This document shows positions 38,294 through 46,628 of a DNA stretch of 47,045 nt, one piece after another. The DNA lies in NCBI GenBank assembly GCA_017853685.1, contig JAFMJD010000001.1, positions 1-47,045 on the forward strand, given 5' to 3'. The first letter of the stretch is position 1. Each line of letters begins with the position of its first letter. The notes beneath the pieces were generated by a model, which saw only the letters and a list, made by a program, of their open reading frames with translations, was not told where the DNA came from and did no database searches. A program made the translations under genes and the position numbers. The stretch comes from Actinomycetota bacterium (lineage in GTDB: Bacteria; Actinomycetota; Acidimicrobiia; Acidimicrobiales; Ilumatobacteraceae).

Positions 38294-38335
38294 TGTCTGA
38301 GTACCGGCGAGGAAATTCTCCTGAGTCCCACCCCC

Positions 38336-40153
38336 TTGCGCAATGTTGCCTTGGTCGCGCACGTCGACCATGGCAAGACCACACTCGTCGACGCCATGCT
38401 GCGCGCTACGGGCACGTTCGCCGCGCACCAGGCGGTGGTCGACCGGGTGATGGACTCCAATGACCAAGAACGTGAGCGCGGCATCACGATTCTCGCCAAG
38501 GCCGCAGCCGTGCGGTGGCGTGACGTCAAGATCAATCTGGTCGACACCCCCGGACACGCCGACTTCGGTGGCGAGGTAGAGCGAGCGCTCACCATGGTGG
38601 ACGGCGTGCTGCTGCTGGTGGACGCCGCCGAAGGTCCACTGCCCCAGACGCGCTACGTGCTGCAGAAGGCGTTGGCGAGGGACTTGCCTGCCATCGTCAT
38701 CATCAACAAGGTGGACCGTCAGGACGCCCGCCCCGATGAGGTGCTCGACGAGGTCTATCAGTTGTTCATCGATCTCGATGCCGGGGACGAGCACATCGAC
38801 TTCGAGATCGTGTCGGCAGTGGCACGTGAGGGTCGTGCCATGCTCGGCATCGGGATGCCCGCACCGGATGCCGACCTCTCGGCACTGCTCGATGCGATCC
38901 TCGACCGCATTCCGGCACCCAAGGGTGACCCCGATGCATCGTTGCAGGCGTTGGTCACCAACCTCGACGCCTCGGAGTACCTCGGGCGCCTCGCCATCGG
39001 GCGCGTCTACAACGGCGTGTTGCGACAGGGCGACAACGTTGCGCTCCTCGAGGAGGAGTTTGCCGAGGGTCAGCCACCTGTTCGACGGAAGTTGTCGCAG
39101 TTGATGGAGTTCTCGGGCGTCGGTCGGGCCGAGGCCACCGAGGTGCGAGCCGGTGATCTGTTCGTGGTCGCCGGCTTCCCCGAGGTCGAGATCGGCGACA
39201 CGATCGCATCGGTCGAGGATCCTCGCCCGTTGCCGCGGCTCACCGTGGACGAACCGGTGCTGCGCATGACCTTCGGTGTGAACACCTCGCCGCTGGCCGG
39301 GCGCGAGGGCAAGTTCCTCACGAGCCGTCACCTTCGGGAACGCCTCGATCGCGAAGTGCTGGGCAACGTCTCGATCCGGCTGCACGAGACCGATTCCCCC
39401 GATGTGATCGAGGTGGCGGGCCGAGGCGAGTTGCAGTTGGCCGTCCTCATCGAGTCGATGCGCCGCGAGGGCTACGAACTCCAGGTGAGCCGACCCGAGG
39501 TGATCACCAAAGAGGTGAACGGCAAGCGCTTCGAGCCCCTCGAGCGCGGAGTGTGCGACGTTCCCGACGAACACGTGGGAACCGTTACCCAGGCGCTCGC
39601 CCCACGGAAGGGTCGGGTCACCGATCTGCGTCAGGGCGACGCCGGACGCACCATCGTGACGTTCGAATGCCCGAGCCGCGGACTGATCGGGTTCCGCTCG
39701 ATGCTGCTCACCGCAACTCGTGGCACTGCGTTGCTCCACCAGCACCACGCAGGCTGGACCCCGTGGGCAGGTGAACTACCGCACCGCACCGGCGGAGCGA
39801 TGGTGGCCGACCGCGTCGGAATGGTGACGGCCTATGCGCTGGACAATCTGCAGTTGCGCGGAACGCTCTTCGTGGCCCCCGGCGATCAGGTGTACGAGGG
39901 CATGGTGGTGGGCGAGAACTCACGCAGCGACGAGATGGTGGTGAACTCGGTGCGCGCCAAGGAAAAGACCAACATCCGTACGCACAGCCACGATGAGGCG
40001 GTGAAGCTGGCCGCACCGGTGATCCACACGCTGGAGACCGCAATCGAGTGGATCGCCGACGACGAACTCGTGGAGGTCACGCCCAAGGCCATCCGCATCC
40101 GCAAGCGACACCTCGGCCTCGAGGATCGCCGCCGAGCGGCGAAGCGCAACTAG
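38336..40153 (+). CDS. typA: translational GTPase TypA/BipA
   Basis: It shows [37 protein letters not shown], and a BipA-specific C-terminal domain. The start codon is uncertain. The track gives TTG 38336, but an in-frame CTG 38321 has GAGGAA 6 nt upstream. Confidence 0.93.
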   Translation: MRNVALVAHVDHGKTTLVDAMLRATGTFAAHQAVVDRVMDSNDQERERGITILAKAAAVRWRDVKINLVDTPGHADFGGEVERALTMVDGVLLLVDAAEGPLPQTRYVLQKALARDLPAIVIINKVDRQDARPDEVLDEVYQLFIDLDAGDEHIDFEIVSAVAREGRAMLGIGMPAPDADLSALLDAILDRIPAPKGDPDASLQALVTNLDASEYLGRLAIGRVYNGVLRQGDNVALLEEEFAEGQPPVRRKLSQLMEFSGVGRAEATEVRAGDLFVVAGFPEVEIGDTIASVEDPRPLPRLTVDEPVLRMTFGVNTSPLAGREGKFLTSRHLRERLDREVLGNVSIRLHETDSPDVIEVAGRGELQLAVLIESMRREGYELQVSRPEVITKEVNGKRFEPLERGVCDVPDEHVGTVTQALAPRKGRVTDLRQGDAGRTIVTFECPSRGLIGFRSMLLTATRGTALLHQHHAGWTPWAGELPHRTGGAMVADRVGMVTAYALDNLQLRGTLFVAPGDQVYEGMVVGENSRSDEMVVNSVRAKEKTNIRTHSHDEAVKLAAPVIHTLETAIEWIADDELVEVTPKAIRIRKRHLGLEDRRRAAKRN

Positions 40154-40156
40154 GGC

Positions 40157-40909
40157 TCAGCGCTTTTTCAACGCCGGATGCGGGAGGGCGACGGCCTCGA
40201 CGCGTCGCTGTTCGAACTTCTTCAGTTGCTTCACGATGAGTTCGTAGATGTGCGGTTCGACGAGTTCGGAGATCTCGTCACGCATTTCCTTGTACACCGG
40301 TCGGCTGCCCACGAAGGCGTGTTTGGCGTCGGTGCACCACCAGTGGAACTCGTGTCCGGCATCGCCCCAGTCGCGTCGCTTCCACTCGCGCACGATGGAC
40401 GTGATGTGGCCCTCGGCGTCGGTGTGCTCCTCGAGGTGCACGGGCACCTGCCAGCAGACGTCGGGCTTCCAGTCCATCGGTCGTTCGCCGGCGTCCAGTG
40501 CTCCGACATGCAGCGCGCAACCTGCACCACGCTCGAACCCGGGCCGGTTGAGGAAGATGCACGCGTCGTCGTGCAGCTTGGTGACGGTGTCGCCGGTGTC
40601 GGGGTCGGTGTCGAGAAAGCCCGATCGCAAGCCCTCTGCCCGGAACTGCCATTGGGAGGCATCGAGACGCGCCGCCGAACGACGAACGGTGGCAATGTCG
40701 CCCTTGTCGGCGAAGTGGGCGCCGTACGAACAGCAGCCCTGTTCCATCTCGGTGGCATCGGCATCGAGAACGCCTTTGCAGCCTCTCCCGAAGATGCAGG
40801 TCCACGACGACAGGAGGAACGTTGCGTCGATCACCCAAGTTCGATCCTCGTTGGGATCCTCGAAGGAGATCCACTCATGCGGGTCAGCGGGCTGGGTGTT
40901 CTTTGACAT
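40157..40909 (-). CDS. conserved-looking Cys-rich hypothetical protein (possible metal/Fe-S binding)
   Basis: 250 aa with clean coding character. It has nine Cys in motifs WTCIFGRGCKG, QGCCSYGAHF, DDACIFLNRPGFERGAGCALH, DVCWQVP and HWWCTD. I do not recognise a named family with confidence. Confidence 0.7.
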   Translation of the reverse strand: MSKNTQPADPHEWISFEDPNEDRTWVIDATFLLSSWTCIFGRGCKGVLDADATEMEQGCCSYGAHFADKGDIATVRRSAARLDASQWQFRAEGLRSGFLDTDPDTGDTVTKLHDDACIFLNRPGFERGAGCALHVGALDAGERPMDWKPDVCWQVPVHLEEHTDAEGHITSIVREWKRRDWGDAGHEFHWWCTDAKHAFVGSRPVYKEMRDEISELVEPHIYELIVKQLKKFEQRRVEAVALPHPALKKR

Positions 40910-40918
40910 CAGGCAGAG

Positions 40919-40924
40919 AGGGTA
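40919..40924 (-). promoter_or_regulatory. candidate -10 hexamer TACCCT (minus strand), 9 nt upstream of the Cys-rich ORF ATG
   Basis: The minus strand reads TACCCT-ctctgcctg-ATG(40909), with no SD. Confidence 0.3.
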
Positions 40925-40931
40925 CCGCCGC

Positions 40932-40937
40932 TAGGGT
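40932..40937 (+). promoter_or_regulatory. candidate -10 hexamer TAGGGT, 9 nt upstream of the glcD GTG
   Basis: TAGGGT-ttcgccatt-GTG(40947). Confidence 0.3.
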
Positions 40938-40946
40938 TTCGCCATT

Positions 40947-42368
40947 GTGAACGAAGGGTTGATTCGTGACCTTCGCGCAGCGCTCGATCCTGACCGGGTG
41001 CGCTGCGGCGAGACCGAGTTGGTGCTCTACGGACGCGACGCCTCCAACATGAACGGCTCCACCGCAGTCGTGTGCCTGCCGCTGACCACTGCCGAGGTGC
41101 AGTCGTGCGTGCGCATCGCGAATCAGCACAGCGTTCCCTTCGTGGCCCGTGGTTCGGGTACGGGTTTGGCGGGTGGTGCCGTACCGCTCGAAGGTGCAGT
41201 GGTGATTGCGCTGTCCAAGATGAACCGTGTGCTCGACGTGGATACCGAGAATCGGCTTGCGTGGGTGGAGCCGGGGGTACTCAACCTGGATCTCACTCGC
41301 GAGACCACACCGCTCGGTTTGCACTTCGCCCCGGACCCCTCCAGCCAGCAGAGCTGTTCCATCGGCGGGAATGTGGCCAACAATTCGGGGGGACCGCACT
41401 GCCTCGCCGACGGGGTGACGAATGCGCACATCCTCGGGTTGGAGGTGGTGCTTCCCGACGGCGAGGTGGTCCTGCTCGGCGGCGAGGATCCCGAGCCCGA
41501 GGGACTCGATCTCCGGGGTGTGTTCGTGGGCAGCGAGGGCATGCTCGGGATCGCGACCCGGATCTGCGTGCGGCTCTCGCAGAACCCGCCCTCCGTACGG
41601 ACGCTGCTCATGGATTTCGACACGGTGGACGCAGGTGCGGCGACGGTGTCGGCAATCATCGCCGCCGGAATACTCCCCGCTGCACTCGAGATGATGGACC
41701 GCCTCTGCATCGAGGCGGTCGAGGCGTTCGTCCATGCTGGACTTCCCCTCGACGCCGCAGCAGTGCTCCTCGTGGAGGTCAGCGGGCTCGCCCACGGTGT
41801 CGAGTCCGATGTGGAACGTGTGATCGACATCGGACGGGCCCACGGCGCTCGAACCGTGCGAGTGGCCCAGGACGAAGCGGAGCGCCAGTTGCTGTGGAAG
41901 GGACGCAAGTCGGCCTTCGGCGCGATTGCCCGGATCAAGCCGAACTATTACCTGCATGACACGGTGGTGCCGCGTCGCCGGCTTCCGGAGGTGCTGCGTC
42001 GTGTGTACGAGATCGCGGCCAAGCATGATCTGCTGGTGCTCAACGTCTTCCACGCAGGTGACGGGAACCTCCATCCACTGCTGGTGTTCGACAAGCGGGA
42101 ACCCGGCGTACTCGAACGCGTGCACGCCGCAGGCGAGGAGATCGTTGCGGTGTCCGTGGCCGCCGGCGGTGTCCTGTCCGGCGAGCACGGCATCGGGCTG
42201 GAAAAGCGCGAGTACATGCCGTGGATGTTCGGCGCCGATGATCTCGCCGCACAGGAGGCCCTACGCGCAGCGTTCGACCCCGAGCGTCGCTCGAACCCGA
42301 ACAAGGTGCTGCCGAGTCCGGCGCACTGCGGTGATGCTCACGCACTCCCGGAGGGCGTGTGGATCTGA
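40947..42368 (+). CDS. glcD: FAD-linked oxidase, glycolate oxidase subunit GlcD-like
   Basis: 473 aa. It has a PCMH-type FAD-binding domain (VARGSGTGLAGGAVP), and the C-terminal part shows GGVLSGEHGIGLEKREYM. Confidence 0.88.
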   Translation: MNEGLIRDLRAALDPDRVRCGETELVLYGRDASNMNGSTAVVCLPLTTAEVQSCVRIANQHSVPFVARGSGTGLAGGAVPLEGAVVIALSKMNRVLDVDTENRLAWVEPGVLNLDLTRETTPLGLHFAPDPSSQQSCSIGGNVANNSGGPHCLADGVTNAHILGLEVVLPDGEVVLLGGEDPEPEGLDLRGVFVGSEGMLGIATRICVRLSQNPPSVRTLLMDFDTVDAGAATVSAIIAAGILPAALEMMDRLCIEAVEAFVHAGLPLDAAAVLLVEVSGLAHGVESDVERVIDIGRAHGARTVRVAQDEAERQLLWKGRKSAFGAIARIKPNYYLHDTVVPRRRLPEVLRRVYEIAAKHDLLVLNVFHAGDGNLHPLLVFDKREPGVLERVHAAGEEIVAVSVAAGGVLSGEHGIGLEKREYMPWMFGADDLAAQEALRAAFDPERRSNPNKVLPSPAHCGDAHALPEGVWI

Positions 42369-43240
42369 GCGACTTCGCCGAAGCAGTGGGCGCCGAGGAT
42401 CCCGTGCGCATCGAGGGGACTGCGAGCCGCGGCGGCGCACCTGGTACCGAGCGTTGTGTGCAGGCGCCGTGCGGGGTGGTGGAGTTCCTGCCTGCGGAGA
42501 TGACCGTCCGCTGCGGCGCCGGAACCCTGCTCGACGAACTGCAGGACGTTCTACGCGAATCCGGGCAGACCGTCCGAATCGGCTCGGGAGGCACCGTTGG
42601 AGGTGCGCTGTCGCTGGGACGCGCCGGTGTGTGCCGTCTCGGTCATGGTCCGGTGCGAGATGCATTGCTGCAGGCGCGCTACGTGAACGCGAATGGCCGA
42701 GTGGTGAAGGCCGGTGGTCCGACCGTGAAGAACGTGAGCGGCTTCGATCTCTGCCGCCTGCTCGTGGGCGCGCGCGGAACTCTGGGATTCCTCGGCGAGG
42801 TGATCCTGCGAACGCGGCCGCTTCCGCCGGTCTCGCGCTGGTTCACTGCCGAGGTTGCCGATCCGTTCGCGGTGCTGCAGGTGCTCTATCGCCCATCAGC
42901 GGTGTTGTGGGACGGGCGAAGCGTCTGGGTCTGTCTCGAAGGGCATCACGCCGATGTCGAGGAGCAGTCTCGTCTCGTCCCCGGCGTGGTGGAGGTCGGT
43001 GCTCCGCCAACTCTGCCGTCGGGGAGTCGGCGTTCGCTCGCACCGCGCGCCCTGCGACATCTCGAAGGCGAGTTCGTTGCCGAACTGGGTGTGGGCGTGG
43101 TGCATCACTCGGAACCGTCTCCCGGCCCGGAGGTGGACCCGCGGGTGAAGGTTCTTCATGCCCAGGTGAAACGAGCCTTTGACCCGACCGGACGGATGAA
43201 CCCGGGTGTCGATCTGATGGCCGGCGTGGGAGCAGCGTGA
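42359..43240 (+). CDS. glcE: glycolate oxidase FAD-binding subunit GlcE-like
   Basis: 293 aa. This shorter FAD-binding PCMH protein (VKNVSGFDLCRLLVGARGTLGFLGEVILRTRP) overlaps the glcD end by 10 nt. Confidence 0.8.
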   Translation: MDLSDFAEAVGAEDPVRIEGTASRGGAPGTERCVQAPCGVVEFLPAEMTVRCGAGTLLDELQDVLRESGQTVRIGSGGTVGGALSLGRAGVCRLGHGPVRDALLQARYVNANGRVVKAGGPTVKNVSGFDLCRLLVGARGTLGFLGEVILRTRPLPPVSRWFTAEVADPFAVLQVLYRPSAVLWDGRSVWVCLEGHHADVEEQSRLVPGVVEVGAPPTLPSGSRRSLAPRALRHLEGEFVAELGVGVVHHSEPSPGPEVDPRVKVLHAQVKRAFDPTGRMNPGVDLMAGVGAA

Positions 43241-44391
43241 TGCATCTGGGTATCGACGACGACGAGTTGAGTTCGTGTGTGTCTTGCGGTCTGTGCCTGC
43301 CTCACTGCCCGACGTTTCGCGTGAGCGGCGAGGAAGTGCTGTCGCCGCGCGGACGCATATCGGCCATGCGCGCAGTGCAATGGGAGGGCATCGAGCCGGG
43401 AGCCGACTTTCTGGAGTCGATGGAGACCTGTGTGCAGTGCCGCGGCTGTGAGACCGCGTGCCCGAGCGGCGTTCCGTTCGGCCATCTGATGGAGAGCACC
43501 CGCACGGCGCTCGCAACCTCGCGGCGCATCACACCGAAATGGCAGCGTCTCGGATTCTCGGTTCTCGGCCGCCATCGCCTGCTGCTGGTCGGGTCTTCGG
43601 TGCTCGCCGTGTTGCAACGGCTGCGCCTCGTGCCCGCCCGCTTCGGACTCGGACGCATCCCACTCCGGCGCGGTGCGGCGTTGACCGGCACGGGCACCGA
43701 TGTCTGGCTCTTCACCGGTTGTGTCATGGACGCGTGGCAGCGAGGCACGCACCGAGCGACCACTGAAGTGCTCGCCGCAGCAGGCGTCACCTGGCAGGTT
43801 CCCGGGTCGGGCGGGGACTGTTGCGGTGCGCTGCACTCGCACGCGGGTCTGAGCGACGCCGCACGACGACTCGCCGAACGCGTGATGGCGTCGATGCCGG
43901 GTGACGCGCCGGTGCTCGTCAACTCAGCCGGTTGTGGTGCAGCGCTCAAGGATTACGGGCACCTGTTGGATGACGACGCAGCGCGCCGGTTCAGCGCGCG
44001 TGTGCGAGACGTTCATGAGTTCCTCGAACCCTTCGCCGACCGACTCGTGGCACGACGTCCGCTCGGTCCGGTGATCGTGCAGGATCCCTGCCACCTGCGC
44101 CATGTGCAACGAGCGCATCTCCCCGTGCGAAGCCTGCTGTCGAGGGTGGCAACCGTGGTGGAACTGTCCGACGATGGGTTGTGCTGCGGAGCAGGTGGCG
44201 CATACAGCGCGCTGCAGCCAGAACTCGCCGGTGAGATCCGCACCCGAAAGGCTGCATCGATCGAGCGCGCCGCTGCGGCATCGGGCGCAAGGCGAGTGGC
44301 GAGCGCCAACCCCGGCTGCGCCATGCACCTCGCGAGTCTCGGCTTCGAGGTTGCGCATCCCATGGATCTCATTGCGGAGGCGATCCGATGA
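43237..44391 (+). CDS. glcF: glycolate oxidase iron-sulfur subunit GlcF-like (2x 4Fe-4S plus CCG domains)
   Basis: It has the ferredoxin motifs CVSCGLCLPHCP and CVQCRGCETACP, and the CCG-type motifs GGDCCGA and DGLCCGAGG. GTGA overlap with glcE. Confidence 0.88.
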   Translation: MMHLGIDDDELSSCVSCGLCLPHCPTFRVSGEEVLSPRGRISAMRAVQWEGIEPGADFLESMETCVQCRGCETACPSGVPFGHLMESTRTALATSRRITPKWQRLGFSVLGRHRLLLVGSSVLAVLQRLRLVPARFGLGRIPLRRGAALTGTGTDVWLFTGCVMDAWQRGTHRATTEVLAAAGVTWQVPGSGGDCCGALHSHAGLSDAARRLAERVMASMPGDAPVLVNSAGCGAALKDYGHLLDDDAARRFSARVRDVHEFLEPFADRLVARRPLGPVIVQDPCHLRHVQRAHLPVRSLLSRVATVVELSDDGLCCGAGGAYSALQPELAGEIRTRKAASIERAAAASGARRVASANPGCAMHLASLGFEVAHPMDLIAEAIR

Positions 44392-44597
44392 ATAGGTCGG
44401 TGGACGAACTGGCAGATCGGCTCCGGGCGATCAGCGAGGAGATCGCCGATCTGGCAATCGACTCGCTGCGCGAGTCACTGCGTCGTGGTGAGTCGAAACG
44501 TCCGGCCTCCGAACGGTCGCTGACCCAAGCACGTCGCGCGGTGGAGAAAGCCGAACACCTGCTGCGCTCGATGGAGACCACGTCCACCGACGAGTGA
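44388..44597 (+). CDS. small hypothetical helical protein (69 aa), translationally coupled to glcF
   Basis: ATGA overlap with the glcF stop. The sequence is charged and helix-prone (ELADRLRAISEEIADLAIDSLRESLRR). No family recognised. Confidence 0.45.
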   Translation: MNRSVDELADRLRAISEEIADLAIDSLRESLRRGESKRPASERSLTQARRAVEKAEHLLRSMETTSTDE

Positions 44598-44610
44598 GCG
44601 GCACGCAGGG

Positions 44611-44639
44611 CTGTTCGGGTCGCCGGCGCCCGGGAACAG
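44611..44639. terminator. imperfect hairpin between the convergent 69-aa ORF and the MOSC gene
   Basis: An outer CTGTTC...GAACAG 6-bp stem plus an inner GGG/CCC pairing fill most of the 43-nt convergent gap. There is no U-tract. Confidence 0.4.
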
Positions 44640-44640
44640 G

Positions 44641-45480
44641 TCAGCCGATGCCTACAGCGTCGCCTGCGGCGATGGTTCCGCCGGATCGCACGCGTGCGTA
44701 CACCCCGAGGTTCTGATCCAGTTCCCTCACGATGTAGCGGAGTATGGATCGGTCCTCGGGAAGTTCGGCGGAGATCTCGCGGGTAGGCATCACGCAGCGC
44801 GGACAGCGTGCATCCACCTCGATGGTGGCCGAGCCAATCGTCAACAGCGTGCCCTTGCTCCACCCGAACTCGGGGTACCCGGGATCGTCGCCGGTGTCGA
44901 TCAGCAGGCTCGGCCGGAAGCGGCGGACGTCGATCACTGATTGGGGCAGTGCCGCTTGCAGACTGCGCAGCGTCGAGGTGGTCATGATCATGAGCGGGAA
45001 GGCGTCGTAGTAGGCGCCCGGAGGCGATTCGTATTCGGCGATCTCGGGCGGGAAGATCGAGAAGTCCGGCAGTGGTTCGTCGGGCTCGCGCCCCATCACT
45101 GCGCGTATCTCGGCGATCGGATCACTGCTGTCGGGCGCACCCCGACGGAAGTGCTCGCGTTCACCTGCGGCGGGCAACTCGTCGAGACGCACGTCGATCC
45201 CCAACGCCTCGCTCAGCAAGCGATGTACATCGGGGGAGTCACTGCTGGTCCGTTTACCATCGGGCAGCGTGATCGTGGCGGTGTTCCCGTCAGGCGCCAT
45301 CGAAGCGGCGAACTTCATCAGCCCGCCGATCTTCTTCGCCCCACGAATACCGCCACGCTCGAGGTCTCGCACTGCCCAACGACGGTCTCCGGCGATGCCG
45401 AGTGGTCCGAGGGAGGCCGCAACGACGGTCTCGCCGAGCATGGACTTGACGGGGTACGACCAGATGTCGGCGACATGCAT
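44641..45480 (-). CDS. MOSC domain-containing protein (MOSC_N beta-barrel plus MOSC)
   Basis: 279 aa. The N-terminus reads MHVADIWSYPVKSMLGE, and the C-terminal MOSC region carries the conserved Cys (DARCPRCVMPT). Confidence 0.85.
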   Translation of the reverse strand: MHVADIWSYPVKSMLGETVVAASLGPLGIAGDRRWAVRDLERGGIRGAKKIGGLMKFAASMAPDGNTATITLPDGKRTSSDSPDVHRLLSEALGIDVRLDELPAAGEREHFRRGAPDSSDPIAEIRAVMGREPDEPLPDFSIFPPEIAEYESPPGAYYDAFPLMIMTTSTLRSLQAALPQSVIDVRRFRPSLLIDTGDDPGYPEFGWSKGTLLTIGSATIEVDARCPRCVMPTREISAELPEDRSILRYIVRELDQNLGVYARVRSGGTIAAGDAVGIG

Positions 45481-45487
45481 GTGTGCG

Positions 45488-45493
45488 ACGGTA
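45488..45493 (-). promoter_or_regulatory. candidate -10 hexamer TACCGT (minus strand), 7 nt upstream of the MOSC ATG
   Basis: The minus strand reads TACCGT-cgcacac-ATG(45480). Confidence 0.35.
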
Positions 45494-45519
45494 CACGCAG
45501 TGGCCGCGGGCGTGCCGGG

Positions 45520-46626
45520 CTAACCCCGCAGGGTGACGGCTTTGGCGTCCAGTACGTCGAGCAACTCGGTGAAGCTCTTCTGGAACGACGACACGCCCTC
45601 TCGCTCGAGCTGTGCCGCCACGCCATCGAGGTCGATGCCGACATTGGGCAGGGAACGCCACACGTGGTGCGCCTCGTCGACTGCCGCGTCGATCGTGCGC
45701 GCAATCGTTCCGTGGTCCGCGAAGGCCTCGACCGTGGCATCGGGCAGGGTGTTCACCGTGTTCGGTCCGATCAACTCATCGACGTAGAGCGTGTCGGGGT
45801 AGGCCGGGTTCTTGGTGGACGTGGACGCCCACAACGGACGCTGCACCCGAGCACCTCGCGCGGCCAGACGATCCCAACGCGGACCCGAGAAGGCGTTCTC
45901 GAAGTGCGCGTACGCGAGTTTCGCCTGGGCAATGGCAGCCTTGCCGCGCAGCGCGAGAGCCTCGGGGCTTCCGATTACGTCGAGGCGGCGATCGATCTCG
46001 GTGTCCACGCGCGAGATGAAGAAACTCGCCACGCTCGCTACCTGCGACAGGTCGGCACCCGGGACTGCGGCGTACTGCTCGAGGCCGTCGATGTATGCAT
46101 CCACCACGGCGCGATAGCGGTCGAGGCTGAAGATCAGCGTGACGTTGATGCTGCGGCCCTCGGCGATCATCTGTCGGATCGCCGGGATTCCCTCGACGGT
46201 GGCCGGAACCTTCACCATCAGGTTGGGTCGGTTGATGATGGTGCTCAGTTCGCGGGCGGCGCGTTCGGTTCCAGCGGTGTCGTGGGCGAGGCCCGGGTCC
46301 ACCTCGACCGAGACATATCCGTCGACACCTGCGGACGCGTCGTGGAGCGGGGCGAACACGTCCAGTGCACCACGGATATCGGCCAGCACCATGGCCCAGT
46401 ACGAGTCGATGGTGGCAGACCGAGACGCGGTGAGCGACCGGAACTGATCGTCGTAGTCGGGCGAACCCTCGATCGCCTTCTGGAAGATGGTGGGGTTCGA
46501 GGTGAGCCCCCGGATCCCCGCTGTCCGGAGCGAGGCGAGCTGTCCCGAGGTGATGTAGCCACGCTTGAGGTTGTCGAGCCACGGGCTCTGGCCCTGCTCG
46601 GCGAAGAGTCGGATGAGTCGATCCAT
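45520..46626 (-). CDS. tal: transaldolase (long actinobacterial type)
   Basis: 368 aa. It shows QSPWLDNLKR, GLTSNPTIF and VSVEVDP, with the Schiff-base region NLMVKVPAT. Confidence 0.94.
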   Translation of the reverse strand: MDRLIRLFAEQGQSPWLDNLKRGYITSGQLASLRTAGIRGLTSNPTIFQKAIEGSPDYDDQFRSLTASRSATIDSYWAMVLADIRGALDVFAPLHDASAGVDGYVSVEVDPGLAHDTAGTERAARELSTIINRPNLMVKVPATVEGIPAIRQMIAEGRSINVTLIFSLDRYRAVVDAYIDGLEQYAAVPGADLSQVASVASFFISRVDTEIDRRLDVIGSPEALALRGKAAIAQAKLAYAHFENAFSGPRWDRLAARGARVQRPLWASTSTKNPAYPDTLYVDELIGPNTVNTLPDATVEAFADHGTIARTIDAAVDEAHHVWRSLPNVGIDLDGVAAQLEREGVSSFQKSFTELLDVLDAKAVTLRG

Positions 46627-46628
46627 GA

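Noticed and set aside
37646-39748. A 700-aa open frame antisense to typA.
   Set aside because: It lies opposite an unambiguous translational-GTPase frame and has no motifs. It is a high-GC antisense artefact.
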